Assembly: GCF_031769215.1 (NCBI RefSeq) | Contig: NW_026782189.1 | Coordinates: 1-64,000, forward strand | Length of the DNA stretch: 64,000 nucleotides | Direction: 5' to 3' | DNA from: Ylistrum balloti | Lineage: Eukaryota | Shown: positions 9,900 through 21,970 of the stretch, piece after piece | How the letters are laid out: the number at the start of each line of letters is the position of its first letter | Position numbering within the stretch: the stretch's first letter is position 1 | The notes under the pieces: model-generated | What the model was told of the DNA's origin: nothing | Seen by the model: the letters and a program-made list of their open reading frames with translations, nothing else | Database searches by the model: none | Program-made: the position numbers and the translations under genes

Positions 9900-12119
9900 T
9901 TATAAACAAACAAAACTTACAAACAGAACATCAATTTTGCTTTAATCCTTGTCGTTGTGGCAAGATCGTCTTAATATATAACATCACTTTACCTCATTAG
10001 ACGTCACAAAATTGGACTGTTCGTCCCACGCGCACACCCGCCGATATGACACTTTTTCAGGTTTTTCACACCCACCGCCATGACACTTTTTCAAGTTTTT
10101 GAAGATAAAAAGTTTGCGATTCGTAGGCAAGGTACATTTGGTGCTCATGGTTTATGAATAATATATTTTTAATACTGTACTGATCATGATGTTGACTTTG
10201 TTATAACTTGTATTTTTTGTCTTTTAGTTTTATTTGATTAAGGTTGATTGTGCTGATTTCTCAAGGTTTGTTAATATGTATCAAAGTTCCTTGGAATGAA
10301 AATATTCCTTCAAACAAAACGCGTATAAAAAAACAAAATATTCATGTTTATAATTATCAATTAACTAGAACGAAATATTTCCATAACATATTTATGGTGA
10401 CATTGTCTAATGCATTGGAGATCAGAAATAGTAGTAGCTATAGTATAGTGAAAGACAATATATTATAGTTTTAGTCGGATTTGCAAAGGCGATGCTTATA
10501 TGTTTAACAAGTTTTCATTATTAAAACCAGAATGTTCTCTCCAACCGTTTTCATTTCTCTTTGCTATTGAGAGTTTTCGTTCTGTTAATTAACAAATCAT
10601 AAAATGCTTTAGAGCCTTCAGTTTTTAAGCAATGTTAACTTGTCTTGCTAGCAAAAAGAGAGTAAAGTTATAAACACTGTTCTGTTATACATTATAATTC
10701 AGAAAATCAATCTAAATATATCTGTTTAAAGAAAAATCTTATTACAGTCACAAAATATTACATAAACTGCATTTTTCTGGAACCCCCTCCCCCTAGAAAA
10801 TTTCTAAACATTCAAATACTTGATCATAATCAATTTCTAACAGTTTTCGAAAGAACTTCCACATCTTGCAGAATTAATATAGTTAAAAAGACGAAAAAGT
10901 TTTTCGCCAAATCGGGACCTTTCGACTGCTTCCACGTAAAAGACGGTGTCTAACGGAAAGTGACCAAAGTTCACCAAGGTTAACCCGGAAATCAGGTACA
11001 TCGGAGAACAAACATGCTCTCATCTTGAATTTTCAAATTGTAATTTTTCAACGAGGTGTTTGTTATGTTTTTCAAACCATTACAGTATATATTTTTTACC
11101 AGAGTTTGACTTTCAAGACTTTGCGGCAAAAATGTAGTCATAGTTTTACTGTTTGACAGCACTGAAAATACATCGTATTTGGTTTCCATGAAAGGTCTTC
11201 TGACCTGAAAGTAAGGGTATACCACCCTGGAATCCAAGGCGTAGCATGCCACACCCACAATTTTCTACGAAGTTGATATTTATCCATATTAGCAGGTCGT
11301 TATTTTTCAGAATCTGATATACCCAAGTCAGTAGTATAGCATGCAAGTAAGTGAATCGATCTTTTAAGTCAAATATAATCATATTAAAGATACTTTATCC
11401 CCTTGAAAGATCGACACTTTTACTTAAAATATACCAAGATAATGTTTTCCTGCATTGTATTTCTTTTATTTTTTATTCGTTCTTGTTTCAGTTATCCACT
11501 ATGTTCATCCTGCCTGGAACCATCATGACCATGGATGATCATTCGTATTCTTTGGTAATTAAAAAAAACTCACAATGGAAACAAACTTGTAATAGTATTA
11601 CATCACTGTGACAAGTGAGCTGGCTGGTACCATTTATTTATTTATTATTTATTAGAAATTCTACATGGGTAGCCTGAATGTGTGTATTTTATGTTTTTGT
11701 AACATATATATAATGATATGGAGGAATTCCAGCCTCATTACAATGGTATGTTAATTATATTCAAATTATATTAAACACTCTATGATGTGTACATTCTATG
11801 TCATAAGGAAAGGGCGTTAATAATACTCACATTACTTCTGTCCAACCCTTTCGTCTTTTGACTATGAACTATTTAAACTGGAAAGAGGAAAGGTCCAGTG
11901 GGAAAAACTAAAATATCAGAGAATTTCTTAACCGCATTTTTTAAAATTCATAGCAATCTTATACAATCCATGTATTGAATGAATAAAAACGCATAAACAT
12001 CCTTATAAATTTGCATATAACTGACAACAGATGTTGACATCCTGGGGTTATACAAAGAGCCTATAGAACTTACTCACATCAAATATTTGTTTACTTTTGC
12101 AAACAGAAGAGAAATTTTG

Positions 12120-12990
12120 AATTTCTGCCCGCTTCCTCCACAGTCACATTGATGCTGATTCAGCTAGCTGGCAAACTGAGCCAATCAGATGCTTCCTGCT
12201 TTCCCCGATGACAGCTATTTTCCCCATGGCCCTCCACAAAGACTGACAGGCAAATCCTCTACAGCAAACCTGCGCAGGAAAGGACCATACCCTCATCCCT
12301 TCTGTTGATAATCGCCTACCAGCCCCTGATATCTTGCCATCTACCTCTTCCACGCGTTCTTCCTACCACACTTTCAGTTCTACAATGATGACCTGTGCGG
12401 TTGTCGACGACTACAGTACTATATCTTGTCTCCGGATTGTTGTGATAATATCCTATGGGAATTTTATTCTGCCATTCATATCTGCCTTCATGTTTGAGTC
12501 TCCCACTGTTGCCATGATCCCTGTTCCTTCGACTCTTGCCTTTTCACTCCCACCTGCTCGAATAAACTTTACAAACTTAGGCCCTTTTGTCACCTTTGGT
12601 GGATTCTTACGATGCACTACCCGTGTAATGCAAGTTGAGAAAGCACTTTGTCGTGGCGCCAAATGTATTGTCTATCCTTCAGAGCCACTCGGTAACATGA
12701 TAAGACATGTTCTAAATTCGCCACTCTCTGGCACAAGGCACCCTTCGGATCTTCACTGAGACCCCATGTACAAAGGTTTGTTGGGCTTGGCTGCACATCC
12801 TACAGAGATCTCAGAAGAAATCAGATATGTTGCTCCATGAGAGAGTCCTCTCTCGAACTCCCTGCCAGTTCAGCCAACTTCCCTGGGCTTTTTTCATAAA
12901 TCCTGCCTTTACCTATGTTTATACTTTATGTCCTGCTTCTCTTCCATTTCCATCACTTCTTTCTGCATCAATTCTGTTCCGTTCCTGCAT
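12120..12990 (-). mobile_element. Degenerate 3' fragment of a Hero-like non-LTR retrotransposon (CCHC knuckle + restriction-like endonuclease)
   Basis: Across stops and frameshifts: CALCQRVANLEHVLSCYRVAL...YIWRHDKVL, then R.DIVL*S...QVIIVELKVW*EERVEE, then VCCRGFACQSLWRAM. These are the zinc knuckle and PD..E..K RLE motifs. Confidence 0.8.
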
Positions 12991-13140
12991 TACTTTGAGA
13001 AGTTTATCAATTACGTGATATTTGCGGAATCAAAATATGTTTTTGATATCTATATTTAACAAAAAGTATCATTAACTTTCATGACACCAAAGAGATAATT
13101 CTCTGAAGCTGGGGACAGAGAGGGCTTAACAACAATGGAA

Positions 13141-13555
13141 AGTTCTCTCAAGCAGAAGGCAAGGATAAGCTTGACGCCAAAGGGAATCTTCTCTCAAGCT
13201 GAAGAGGTGGGCATAACCCCATAGGGAACTTTCTCTCAAGCTGAAGAGGTGGGCATAACCCCATAGGGAACTTTCTCTCAAGCTGAAGAGGTGGGCATAA
13301 CCCCATAGGGAACTTTCTCTCAAGCTGAAGAGGTGGGCATAACCCCATAGGGAACTTTCTCTCAAGCTAAACACAAGGGTAAGCAATAACACCAGAACAT
13401 TCCCCCAAGCTGAAGAGGAAATGGGCATGGGACCCAATAAACGTTCTTTTAAGGTGGAGGCAAGGACAGCTATCAACACAAAGGAAACATTCACCCAAAC
13501 TGACGACAAGGGTGGGCATAACACCAGAGTAACGTTCTCTCAAGCTGACGACACG
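13141..13555 (+). repeat. 42-bp minisatellite, about 3.5 exact copies plus degenerate flanking copies
   Basis: Unit TCTCTCAAGCTGAAGAGGTGGGCATAACCCCATAGGGAACTT, exact in 13190-13347. Explains the repetitive ORFs 13126-13524 and 13148-13348. Confidence 0.92.
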
Positions 13556-13883
13556 TTGTGACAATGCTGATATAATGAACAGAAAAAGTGAAGGATCACA
13601 AATATATGTGATTTTTTTCTGCCATTGAAATAAATCAAGCTTGACACCCCTTGACCACTTTTTTATCACCAATGTATGTAACATGACTTTTTGTCATGAT
13701 TTGTCCGCGCAACCTACAGTAAACATATGACATTACGTCATGTAATACAGGGTTAAAACAAGCTGTCAGTTGCGGTTTTATTGAAAGTCTGTGTGAACTT
13801 AACAACAAATAAATAAACAATTTTTGTGTTTCTTCTTAATGTCCTGTCATTTTGCATCCTGTTTTGAACATTTGAGACGTCAC

Positions 13884-14040
13884 ATGACCGCTACAGCGAC
13901 GGCCATAGCAGTCGGGATGCTGCAAGCAGGACAATCACAACAAACAGGGGTCGCAGCGTATCATTTCTCGATTATTGAATTCCAGATGACCGGAACCGTC
14001 ACCGTGAGACCGCGATCGACAGTGGCAGCCTATTCTTTCT
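13884..14040 (+). pseudogene. Tc1-like transposase N-terminal (paired-like HTH) relic
   Basis: AIAVGMLQAGQSQQ..VA and FQMTGTVTVRPRS resemble Tc1 HTH motifs (AIGMLQAG.SQ..VA / F..TGSV.DRPRSGRP). Short, with no DDE region. Confidence 0.5.
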
Positions 14041-15779
14041 GACGTGAGTATCCAGGTTTTGCTTTTTGTTTTCTTATTGTTTGACTTCACTCCAAAAGTT
14101 TTTTCCTTTTGATGAAAAATTTATTTATTTTCCAAAACTAATCACTATTTTTTCCCAATATATCATACAGTTATTAGGTTATTAATAATTTCTTAGGAAA
14201 AGGGAAATTTTTAAAAAATGTCCCTTGGTTTGCAGACTTTTCGGGAACGGTTTCTTTACATCATCACCGAGTGCATTAGTTTAAATGAAAGATTCATAAG
14301 GTCTTGTATCAAATTGACTTTCGGTCACTTAAGAACGATGAACTAGTCCATTAATTATCCTTCTTTCAACTGTAGGAGACAGTGGTTGCAGTGGTGGTTC
14401 ACCGCGAACGAGCGAGAAACTTGTGTATCCAGCACCTCTTCGATATGGAATGTATGAAGTCCTGGCCATTTCTGGTCGTCTAGGACGGTATCGATGGTGA
14501 TGGCGGTAACGATACCAGCTATTATCAGATAGAAATGGTGGCCGACCCAAACACTACCATAGCTAAAAAAAAAACGAGAGAAGAAACAGAAGCCTGACAA
14601 ACACGGCAGAAGGGTAAACAAAACTTGATAGAATTGGAAAACTAATACGGATAACCTCCCTTTGATTCTAATGTTTGTTCAGAGCATGTTTATAAATATT
14701 TTTTCTTACGATTTTTCCTGACTTAGATATTAAAGACTAGCATACAAAACAAAATACCAAAAATGAGGTATGGTGTATGCTTTTACTTCCGCGGTAGAAA
14801 AAAGTGGGTTTTTTATGATTTTTTTTTCGTTTTTGTCGCGGTTTGGTCGAATGAATGTGTGTATATACTATATCTTACTGCACTTATTTGTAACTGATTT
14901 AGATAACTAAAATGTTGCTAACAGACCAGTCCTTTTACAGGTATAACTAGACGGTATATTACACCCACAATGTAAACATATTTATGGTAGAACGTTATAT
15001 TGGGTTAATCAAACTTGATACGGAGGTTGTCGTCAATGAAGCTTTATATGCTTCCTGATCACACCGGCTTATTCTCCTCACTCATTCACTCCTCAGTTAT
15101 CTCTGCGTTAATCACCGTTTGTTTATATTCTCCATCGCTTCACCGATTTTAAAATACGGCTTATGAGTGTGTGTAGGGGGTGTTGTTGTTTGTTTTTTTT
15201 TCCTATTCTACTATTTTAAAACGTGACCAGCCATTTTTTCAAAGCTTTTGACACAGGCCATGATTGTGTTAAGATCTCTTCGTCAGAATTTTCTACTACT
15301 TCCGTGTTATTTATAACAACATCAGTATCACCGCTTTATAATATACTGGCAGCGTGAAAACATCAAAAACTGGAATGTTTGCTGGAAAAGAACAATGAAT
15401 CGGACTTTAGTCGGATTACAGGTGAGAATTATCACATCGCTGTGGATACGTTCTTCATAAACGCTGCTACACTTCCCCAGACTGACGATACGGCTACACC
15501 CCTCACCCTTCCACCAGTGACGCCTACCAAACGTTCTCACTCCAAAAAGTACAAAAAGAAAATGAAAATGGCTTCTTACGATGTAGACGTTTTGTAATGC
15601 GTTTCGTTGCTTAATTAACTGAAGTATGATATCAATGCAACTTTTTAATGTTAGAAACAGGAAAAATTGTAAACCTTCTGTACCACATATCAAATGCAGA
15701 TCTATCAATAATTAGAAAGTGCATTATAGATAATGTAAAATTAATGTAAATTTGAATTAATGTTATGACATTCTATATC

Positions 15780-16030
15780 ATTTTATAATAACTATGCTGT
15801 AGATAATGTATCATTCTATAATTACTGTGTTGTAGATAATGTATCATTCTATAATTACTGTGCTGTAGATAATGTATCAATCTATAATTACTGTGCTGTA
15901 GATAATGTATAATTATATTATAACTGTGCTGTAGATAATGTATCATTCTATAATTACTGTGCTATAGATAATGCATAATCATATAGTAACTGCGTTGTAG
16001 ATATAGTTATCTATAATTACTATGCTGTAA
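15780..16030 (+). repeat. 33-bp AT-rich minisatellite, about 7 copies
   Basis: Unit GTAGATAATGTATCATTCTATAATTACTGTGCT. Confidence 0.9.
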
Positions 16031-16142
16031 ATTCTACAATTATCATCTTTTTTTTTAATTCAAAAAGATATGTATCAATTCAACGATTATCCTGAAGAAG
16101 TATACGTACGGATTATACTACACGTACACATTCAGTATTACT

Positions 16143-16280
16143 AGTTAACCTCGACCAAGTGCCAGGCGAGCTTATACCGTGGTGAGGCGTCCATCGTCCG
16201 TCCGTCCGACGTCAACTTTTCTATTTAAACAACTTTTTCTTAGTAACCAAAAGGCCTAGAACCATCATATTTAACTGGAC
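16143..16280 (+). mobile_element. Truncated HINE/Helentron-associated-like element
   Basis: Head followed by a (GTCC)n microsatellite CGTCCATCGTCCGTCCGTCCG and an AACTTTTTC/AACCAAAAGGCCTAG core start, the layout of mollusc HINE-type elements. Confidence 0.4.
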
Positions 16281-17120
16281 GATTACAAGATGATGAAGCA
16301 CAGAAACGCCTGCAGAAAGAAATGACATTGAACCATATTGAAGGTCAAAGAGGACACATTTGTTTAAAATGTTCAAACAATCTCTTCTGACTTACCAACA
16401 TGCCTAGAATTAGTATGGTATTCGGCTGTAAGCTATTGGCATAGATGTCAAAAATGTGAAATGATGATGTGTTTGTGAAAAGCTTTGAATGCAATGTGAG
16501 CGATAAAAGACCAGTGGACCTCTTGTTGTTACAATAAAAATATTCATTTTAATGTTATATCACTCAGGGAAATTAAACGATAATGTTGGTTGAAGATAAA
16601 GAAAGGATATTGGAATTATGTCTACGGTATATAGGAAAAAAAATTAACGAGTTGTAGGTTGTATTATCGGTCACACATTATACAAGTTATAACTTACACA
16701 AGAACACTAACACTATGACTGTGTAACTTAGGAACATATTTAAGCTTTCCAGTACATTGGTTATTGTATTGTTAGCTACTTTGAAACACGGTAGGTAGTT
16801 ATAACATCTAAAATGCTCATCTGATACTCAAATAATTAGGAAAAGGCAATACAATTTTAATATCTTATTGTACATTCCAGAACATGAAAAGAGGTCCACG
16901 TTATTGAAAGTTAATGATGTTGGCGAAATAAAGAGTGATTACAATAAAACAATAAATAGTGTATTCTCGAGCTGATGTCGCTTCATTTTTTCTACACCTT
17001 TCTGGGATGGGAGAGATAGTTCATTTAAAATACAACAGTGTGGATTTTACATCAAATCTAGAACTACAGAAATAGTTTAGTTTATTTACGTTTACACCAA
17101 TGGGAAAACGCAACACTTCA

Positions 17121-17300
17121 GCTGTCAGTCCAACGTCTATCAATGATTGACAGGGCTACTTTCTCTAACAGACATTCTCGTGTGGCTATTCAATTGACAA
17201 TGGTAACGCCCATATAACGATGTCCGAGCACGGAAAGTTAATGGTTAGTTAGAGCATTTGTTAGCCTTTGACCAGGAAAAGACGTGCAAGTCTTGACAGT
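17121..17300 (+). promoter_or_regulatory. Cluster of TALE-homeodomain (Pbx/Meis-Prep) type sites upstream of the Olig-like gene
   Basis: Exact decamer TGATTGACAG at 17144-17153; CTGTCA at 17122; TTGACAG at 17293; TTGACA at 17194. Motif presence only. Confidence 0.35.
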
Positions 17301-17411
17301 CAATCGCTAACATTAAATATCATTGTTACATGTTCTCTGGTCAGTGTGGCTCTGGTTTAAACATTAACATAACCTTAGTAATTATACTCTCATTTTGTTC
17401 TAGCAGACATT

Positions 17412-18197
17412 ATGGAGTATTCTGGAACGAAATGTGTGCCCGAAAACTCTAACAAAACAGGAAACGATAGCAATCTCGACAACAGAGACAACGAAGAAAA
17501 TGGAGGGAAATATCAAGTTCTAGGAATTAGTGAAGACACGCCATACGAAGGACATTCTGAGGAGGAAATGAAAACTGACGATAACTATAGAGACAAGAAG
17601 GGGCTGTGCAGTTACAGAAATAACCTACAAGGTGACAAAAGTGACAGAAAATATCTCTCACCGAAGAGTCGGTGTGGTGAAGGTGTTAAGGAGATGCGAA
17701 ACACCATTAACAGGAGAGAACGACGAAGGATGCATCAGCTTAACATAGCTCTGGATGGCCTGCGAGATGTGATGCCCTCTGTTCACTCGTCGTCTGCTCG
17801 AAAACTCTCTAAAGTAGCCACACTGATGTCAGCCAAAAATTACATTCAAATGCTGGTCAAGTCTGTCCAAGAAATGCGCGTTTTACTGCACAAACTCGGT
17901 GGGTGGAGTGGGGCTTTCAGTAAAGGTGTGCCTTACTACCGTGGTCCTGTCGTGACGCCGCCGCAATTTTCCTCGCCATCACAAAGTTTCCTGGACACTC
18001 CGTCAACTCCAACGAGTCTTACTCCGTGTACTTACAGTTACAGCAGGGAGACGCCTGTTACTTCGACAATGAAGGTGAATATAATGTCACCGTTACACCA
18101 TCAGGAATATTGTCAACATGTGTATCATACCAACAGATCGCAAACTTTATCGGAACATTACTCACACAGAGCCAACTGTTTTCATTGTTATTATTGA
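17412..18197 (+). CDS. Olig-like: Olig/BHLHE22-family bHLH transcription factor, single coding exon, 261 aa
   Basis: bHLH RNTINRRERRRMHQLNIALDGLRDVMPSVHSSSARKLSKVATLMSAKNYIQML aligns with the Olig signature R..IN.RER.RMHDLN.A.D.LR.V.PYAH.PSVRKLSKIATLLLA.NYI.M. Confidence 0.88.
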   Translation: MEYSGTKCVPENSNKTGNDSNLDNRDNEENGGKYQVLGISEDTPYEGHSEEEMKTDDNYRDKKGLCSYRNNLQGDKSDRKYLSPKSRCGEGVKEMRNTINRRERRRMHQLNIALDGLRDVMPSVHSSSARKLSKVATLMSAKNYIQMLVKSVQEMRVLLHKLGGWSGAFSKGVPYYRGPVVTPPQFSSPSQSFLDTPSTPTSLTPCTYSYSRETPVTSTMKVNIMSPLHHQEYCQHVYHTNRSQTLSEHYSHRANCFHCYY

Positions 18198-18929
18198 TAT
18201 ATCATCAGTAGCTGTTGTCTAATGAGATATTAAGTGGACATCACCTAGACTAACATTGACTGACTTTGGTATGCAAATTACGAAAAACTGTTTTCAACGT
18301 GATTTTTCGAAATCCTATGTATGCTACAGTAGTATTTAAAGTAAATAAAAACTTAGAAGGCATACATATCATTTAACATTATATTTATGTATCATATCCT
18401 CCTGACCTGTCTGTATGCGTGGTGGTTCAATTAATAACTTTGATATATGAACAGAACGATTTCGTTCATATTGTAATAATTATTCAGCACGTCATCAAAT
18501 ATTTGATAAAATATCACAATTATGAAACATATTTGGATTTATCATTATTATCAAACTCTTGAAATCTATTTTCAATGTCGGGTATATTTTGGGGAGTTGA
18601 TAAGAAATTGCCTGATAACTGGATCTTTTGTCATAGCCCAACCTCAACATACATGACCATGTCACGAATTTGAAGAACGAAAGCACCCTCTCATTTAATA
18701 TGTATAAAGCTAGTTAAGTAAATATTATTTATTTACAACAAATTTTCACTTTGTCCAAAACTATTTTGATGATAATTATTCTTCGAGCTTTCTTTATTTA
18801 TGCCACATTTATGCCATATTAAGTAAGTAAAATCTTTAGAAAAAATATACTAGATACTTTAAGATCGTTATACACTTTTATCTCTATAAACATTTAATAC
18901 ATTATCAATTGTTTCCCTTACCTGCAACA

Positions 18930-21900
18930 TAAGTATAACATCGTTACACGTAATGTTCCCAACCGGGACAGAATTTGTCTGTAAGTATAACATCGTTACA
19001 CGTAATGTTCCCAACTGGGACAGAATTGGTCTGTAAGTATAACATCGTTACACGTAATGTTCCCAACCTGGACACAATTTGTCTGTAAGTATAACATCGT
19101 TACACGTAATGTTCCCAACTGGGACACAATTTGTCTGTAAGTATAACATCGTTACACGTAATGTTCCCAACTGGGACAGAATTGGTCTGTAAGTATAACA
19201 TCGTTACACGTAATGTTCCCAACCGGGACAGAATTTGTCTGTAAGTATAACATCGTTACACGTAATGTTCCCAACCGGGACAGAATTGGTCTGTAAGTAT
19301 AACATCGTTACACGTAATGTTCCCAACTGGGACACAATTTGTCTGTAAGTATAACATCGTTACACGTAATGTTCCCAACTGGGACAGAATTGGTCTGTAA
19401 GTATAACATCGTTACACGTAATGTTCCCAACCTGGACACAATTTGTCTGTAAGTATAACATCGTTACACGTAATGTTCCCAACTGGGACACAATTTGTCT
19501 GTAAGTATAACATCGTTACACGTAATGTTCCCAACTGGGACAGAATTTGTCTGTAAGTATAACATCGTTACACGTAATGTTCCCAACTGGGACAGAATTT
19601 GTCTGTAAGTATAACATCGTTACACGTAATGTTCCCAACTGGGACAGAATTTGTCTGTAAGTATAACATCGTTACACGTAATGTTCCCAACTGGGACACA
19701 ATTTGTCTGTAAGTATAACATCGTTACACGTAATGTTCCCAACTGGGACACAATTTGTCTGTAAGTATAACATCGTTACACGTAATGTTCCCAACTGGGA
19801 CAGAATTGGTCTGTAAGTATAACATCGTTACACGTAATGTTCCCAACTGGGACAGAATTTGTCTGTAAGTATAACATCGTTACACGTAATGTTCCCAACT
19901 GGGACAGAATTTGTCTGTAAGTATAACATCGTTACACGTAATGTTCCCAACTGGGACAGAATTTGTCTGTAAGTATAACATCGTTACACGTAATGTTCCC
20001 AACTGGGACAGAATTTGTCTGTAAGTATAACATCGTTACACGTAATGTTCCCAACTGGGACAGAATTGGTCTGTAAGTATAACATCGTTACACGTAATGT
20101 TCCCAACTGGGACAGAATTGGTCTGTAAGTATAACATCGTTACACGTAATGTTCCCAACTGGGACAGAATTGGTCTGTAAGTATAACATCGTTACACGTA
20201 ATGTTCCCAACTGGGACAGAATTTGTCTGTAAGTATAACATCGTTACACGTAATGTTCCCAACCTGGACACAATTTGTCTGTAAGTATAACATCGTTACA
20301 CGTAATGTTCCCAACTGGGACAGAATTTGTCTGTAAGTATAACATCGTTACACGTAATGTTCCCAACCGGGACAGAATTGGTCTGTAAGTATAACATCGT
20401 TACACGTAATGTTCCCAACTGGGACAGAATTGGTCTGTAAGTATAACATCGTGTAAATTGTCTGTAAGTATAACATCGTTACACGTAATGTTCCCAACTG
20501 GGACAGAATTGGTCTGTAAGTATAACATCGTTACACGTAATGTTCCCAACTGGGACAGAATTTGTCTGTAAGTATAACATCGTTACACGTAATGTTCCCA
20601 ACCTGGACACAATTTGTCTGTAAGTATAACATCGTTACACGTAATGTTCCCAACTGGGACACAATTTGTCTGTAAGTATAACATCGTTACACGTAATGTT
20701 CCCAACTGGGACAGAATTTGTCTGTAAGTATAACATCGTTACACGTAATGTTCCCAACTGGGACAGAATTGGTCTGTAAGTATAACATCGTTACACGTAA
20801 TGTTCCCAACCTGGACACAATTTGTCTGTAAGTATAACATCGTTACACGTAATGTTCCCAACTGGGACAGAATTGGTCTGTAAGTATAACATCGTTACAC
20901 GTAATGTTCCCAACCTGGACACAATTTGTCTGTAAGTATAACATCGTTACACGTAATGTTCCCAACTGGGACAGAATTGGTCTGTAAGTATAACATCGTT
21001 ACACGTAATGTTCCCAACTGGGACAGAATTTGTCTGTAAGTATAACATCGTTACACGTAATGTTCCCAACTGGGACACAATTTGTCTGTAAGTATAACAT
21101 CGTTACACGTAATGTTCCCAACTGGGACAGAATTGGTCTGTAAGTATAACATCGTTACACGTAATGTTCCCAACTGGGACAGAATTGGTCTGTAAGTATA
21201 ACATCGTTACACGTAATGTTCCCAACTGGGACAGAATTGGTCTGTAAGTATAACATCGTTACACGTAATGTTCCCAACTGGGACACAATTTGTCTGTAAG
21301 TATAACATCGTTACACGTAATGTTCCCAACTGGGACACAATTTGTCTGTAAGTATAACATCGTTACACGTAATGTTCCCAACTGGGACAGAATTGGTCTG
21401 TAAGTATAACATCGTTACACGTAATGTTCCCAACTGGGACAGAATTGGTCTGTAAGTATAACATCGTTACACGTAATGTTCCCAACCTGGACACAATTTG
21501 TCTGTAAGTATAACATCGTTACACGTAATGTTCCCAACCTGGACACAATTTGTCTGTAAGTATAACATCGTTACACGTAATGTTCCCAACCTGGACACAA
21601 TTTGTCTGTAAGTATAACATCGTTACACGTAATGTTCCCAACTGGGACAGAATTGGTCTGTAAGTATAACATCGTTACACGTAATGTTCCCAACCTGGAC
21701 ACAATTTGTCTGTAAGTATAACATCGTTACACGTAATGTTCCCAACTGGGACAGAATTGGTCTGTAAGTATAACATCGTTACACGTAATGTTCCCAACTG
21801 GGACAGAATTGGTCTGTAAGTATAACATCGTTACACGTAATGTTCCCAACCTGGACACAATTTGTCTGTAAGTATAACATCGTTACACGTAATGTTCCCA

Positions 21901-21970
21901 ACTGGGACAGAATTGGTCTGTAAGTATAACATCGTTACACGTAATGTTCCCAACTGGGACAGAATTGGTC
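18930..21970 (+). repeat. 52-bp tandem satellite array, about 58 copies
   Basis: Unit GTAAGTATAACATCGTTACACGTAATGTTCCCAACTGGGACAGAATTTGTCT. Variation is confined to a few positions; one truncated unit near 20440-20460. Confidence 0.97.

Noticed and set aside
13190-13347. Tandem hammerhead ribozymes (CTGAAGA matches CUGANGA, followed by a small hairpin)
   Set aside because: The stem-II hairpin is followed by AGGGAAC rather than GAAA, and no stem I or stem III pairing can be built.
13126-13524. Repeat-protein ORFs (LFSLRESSLWGYAH)n and (MGLCPPLQLERKFP)n
   Set aside because: By-products of a 42-bp minisatellite whose unit length is a multiple of 3.
18930-21970. CRISPR-like array
   Set aside because: Units are contiguous near-identical 52-mers with no unique spacers, there are no cas genes, and the context is eukaryotic. 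It is a satellite.
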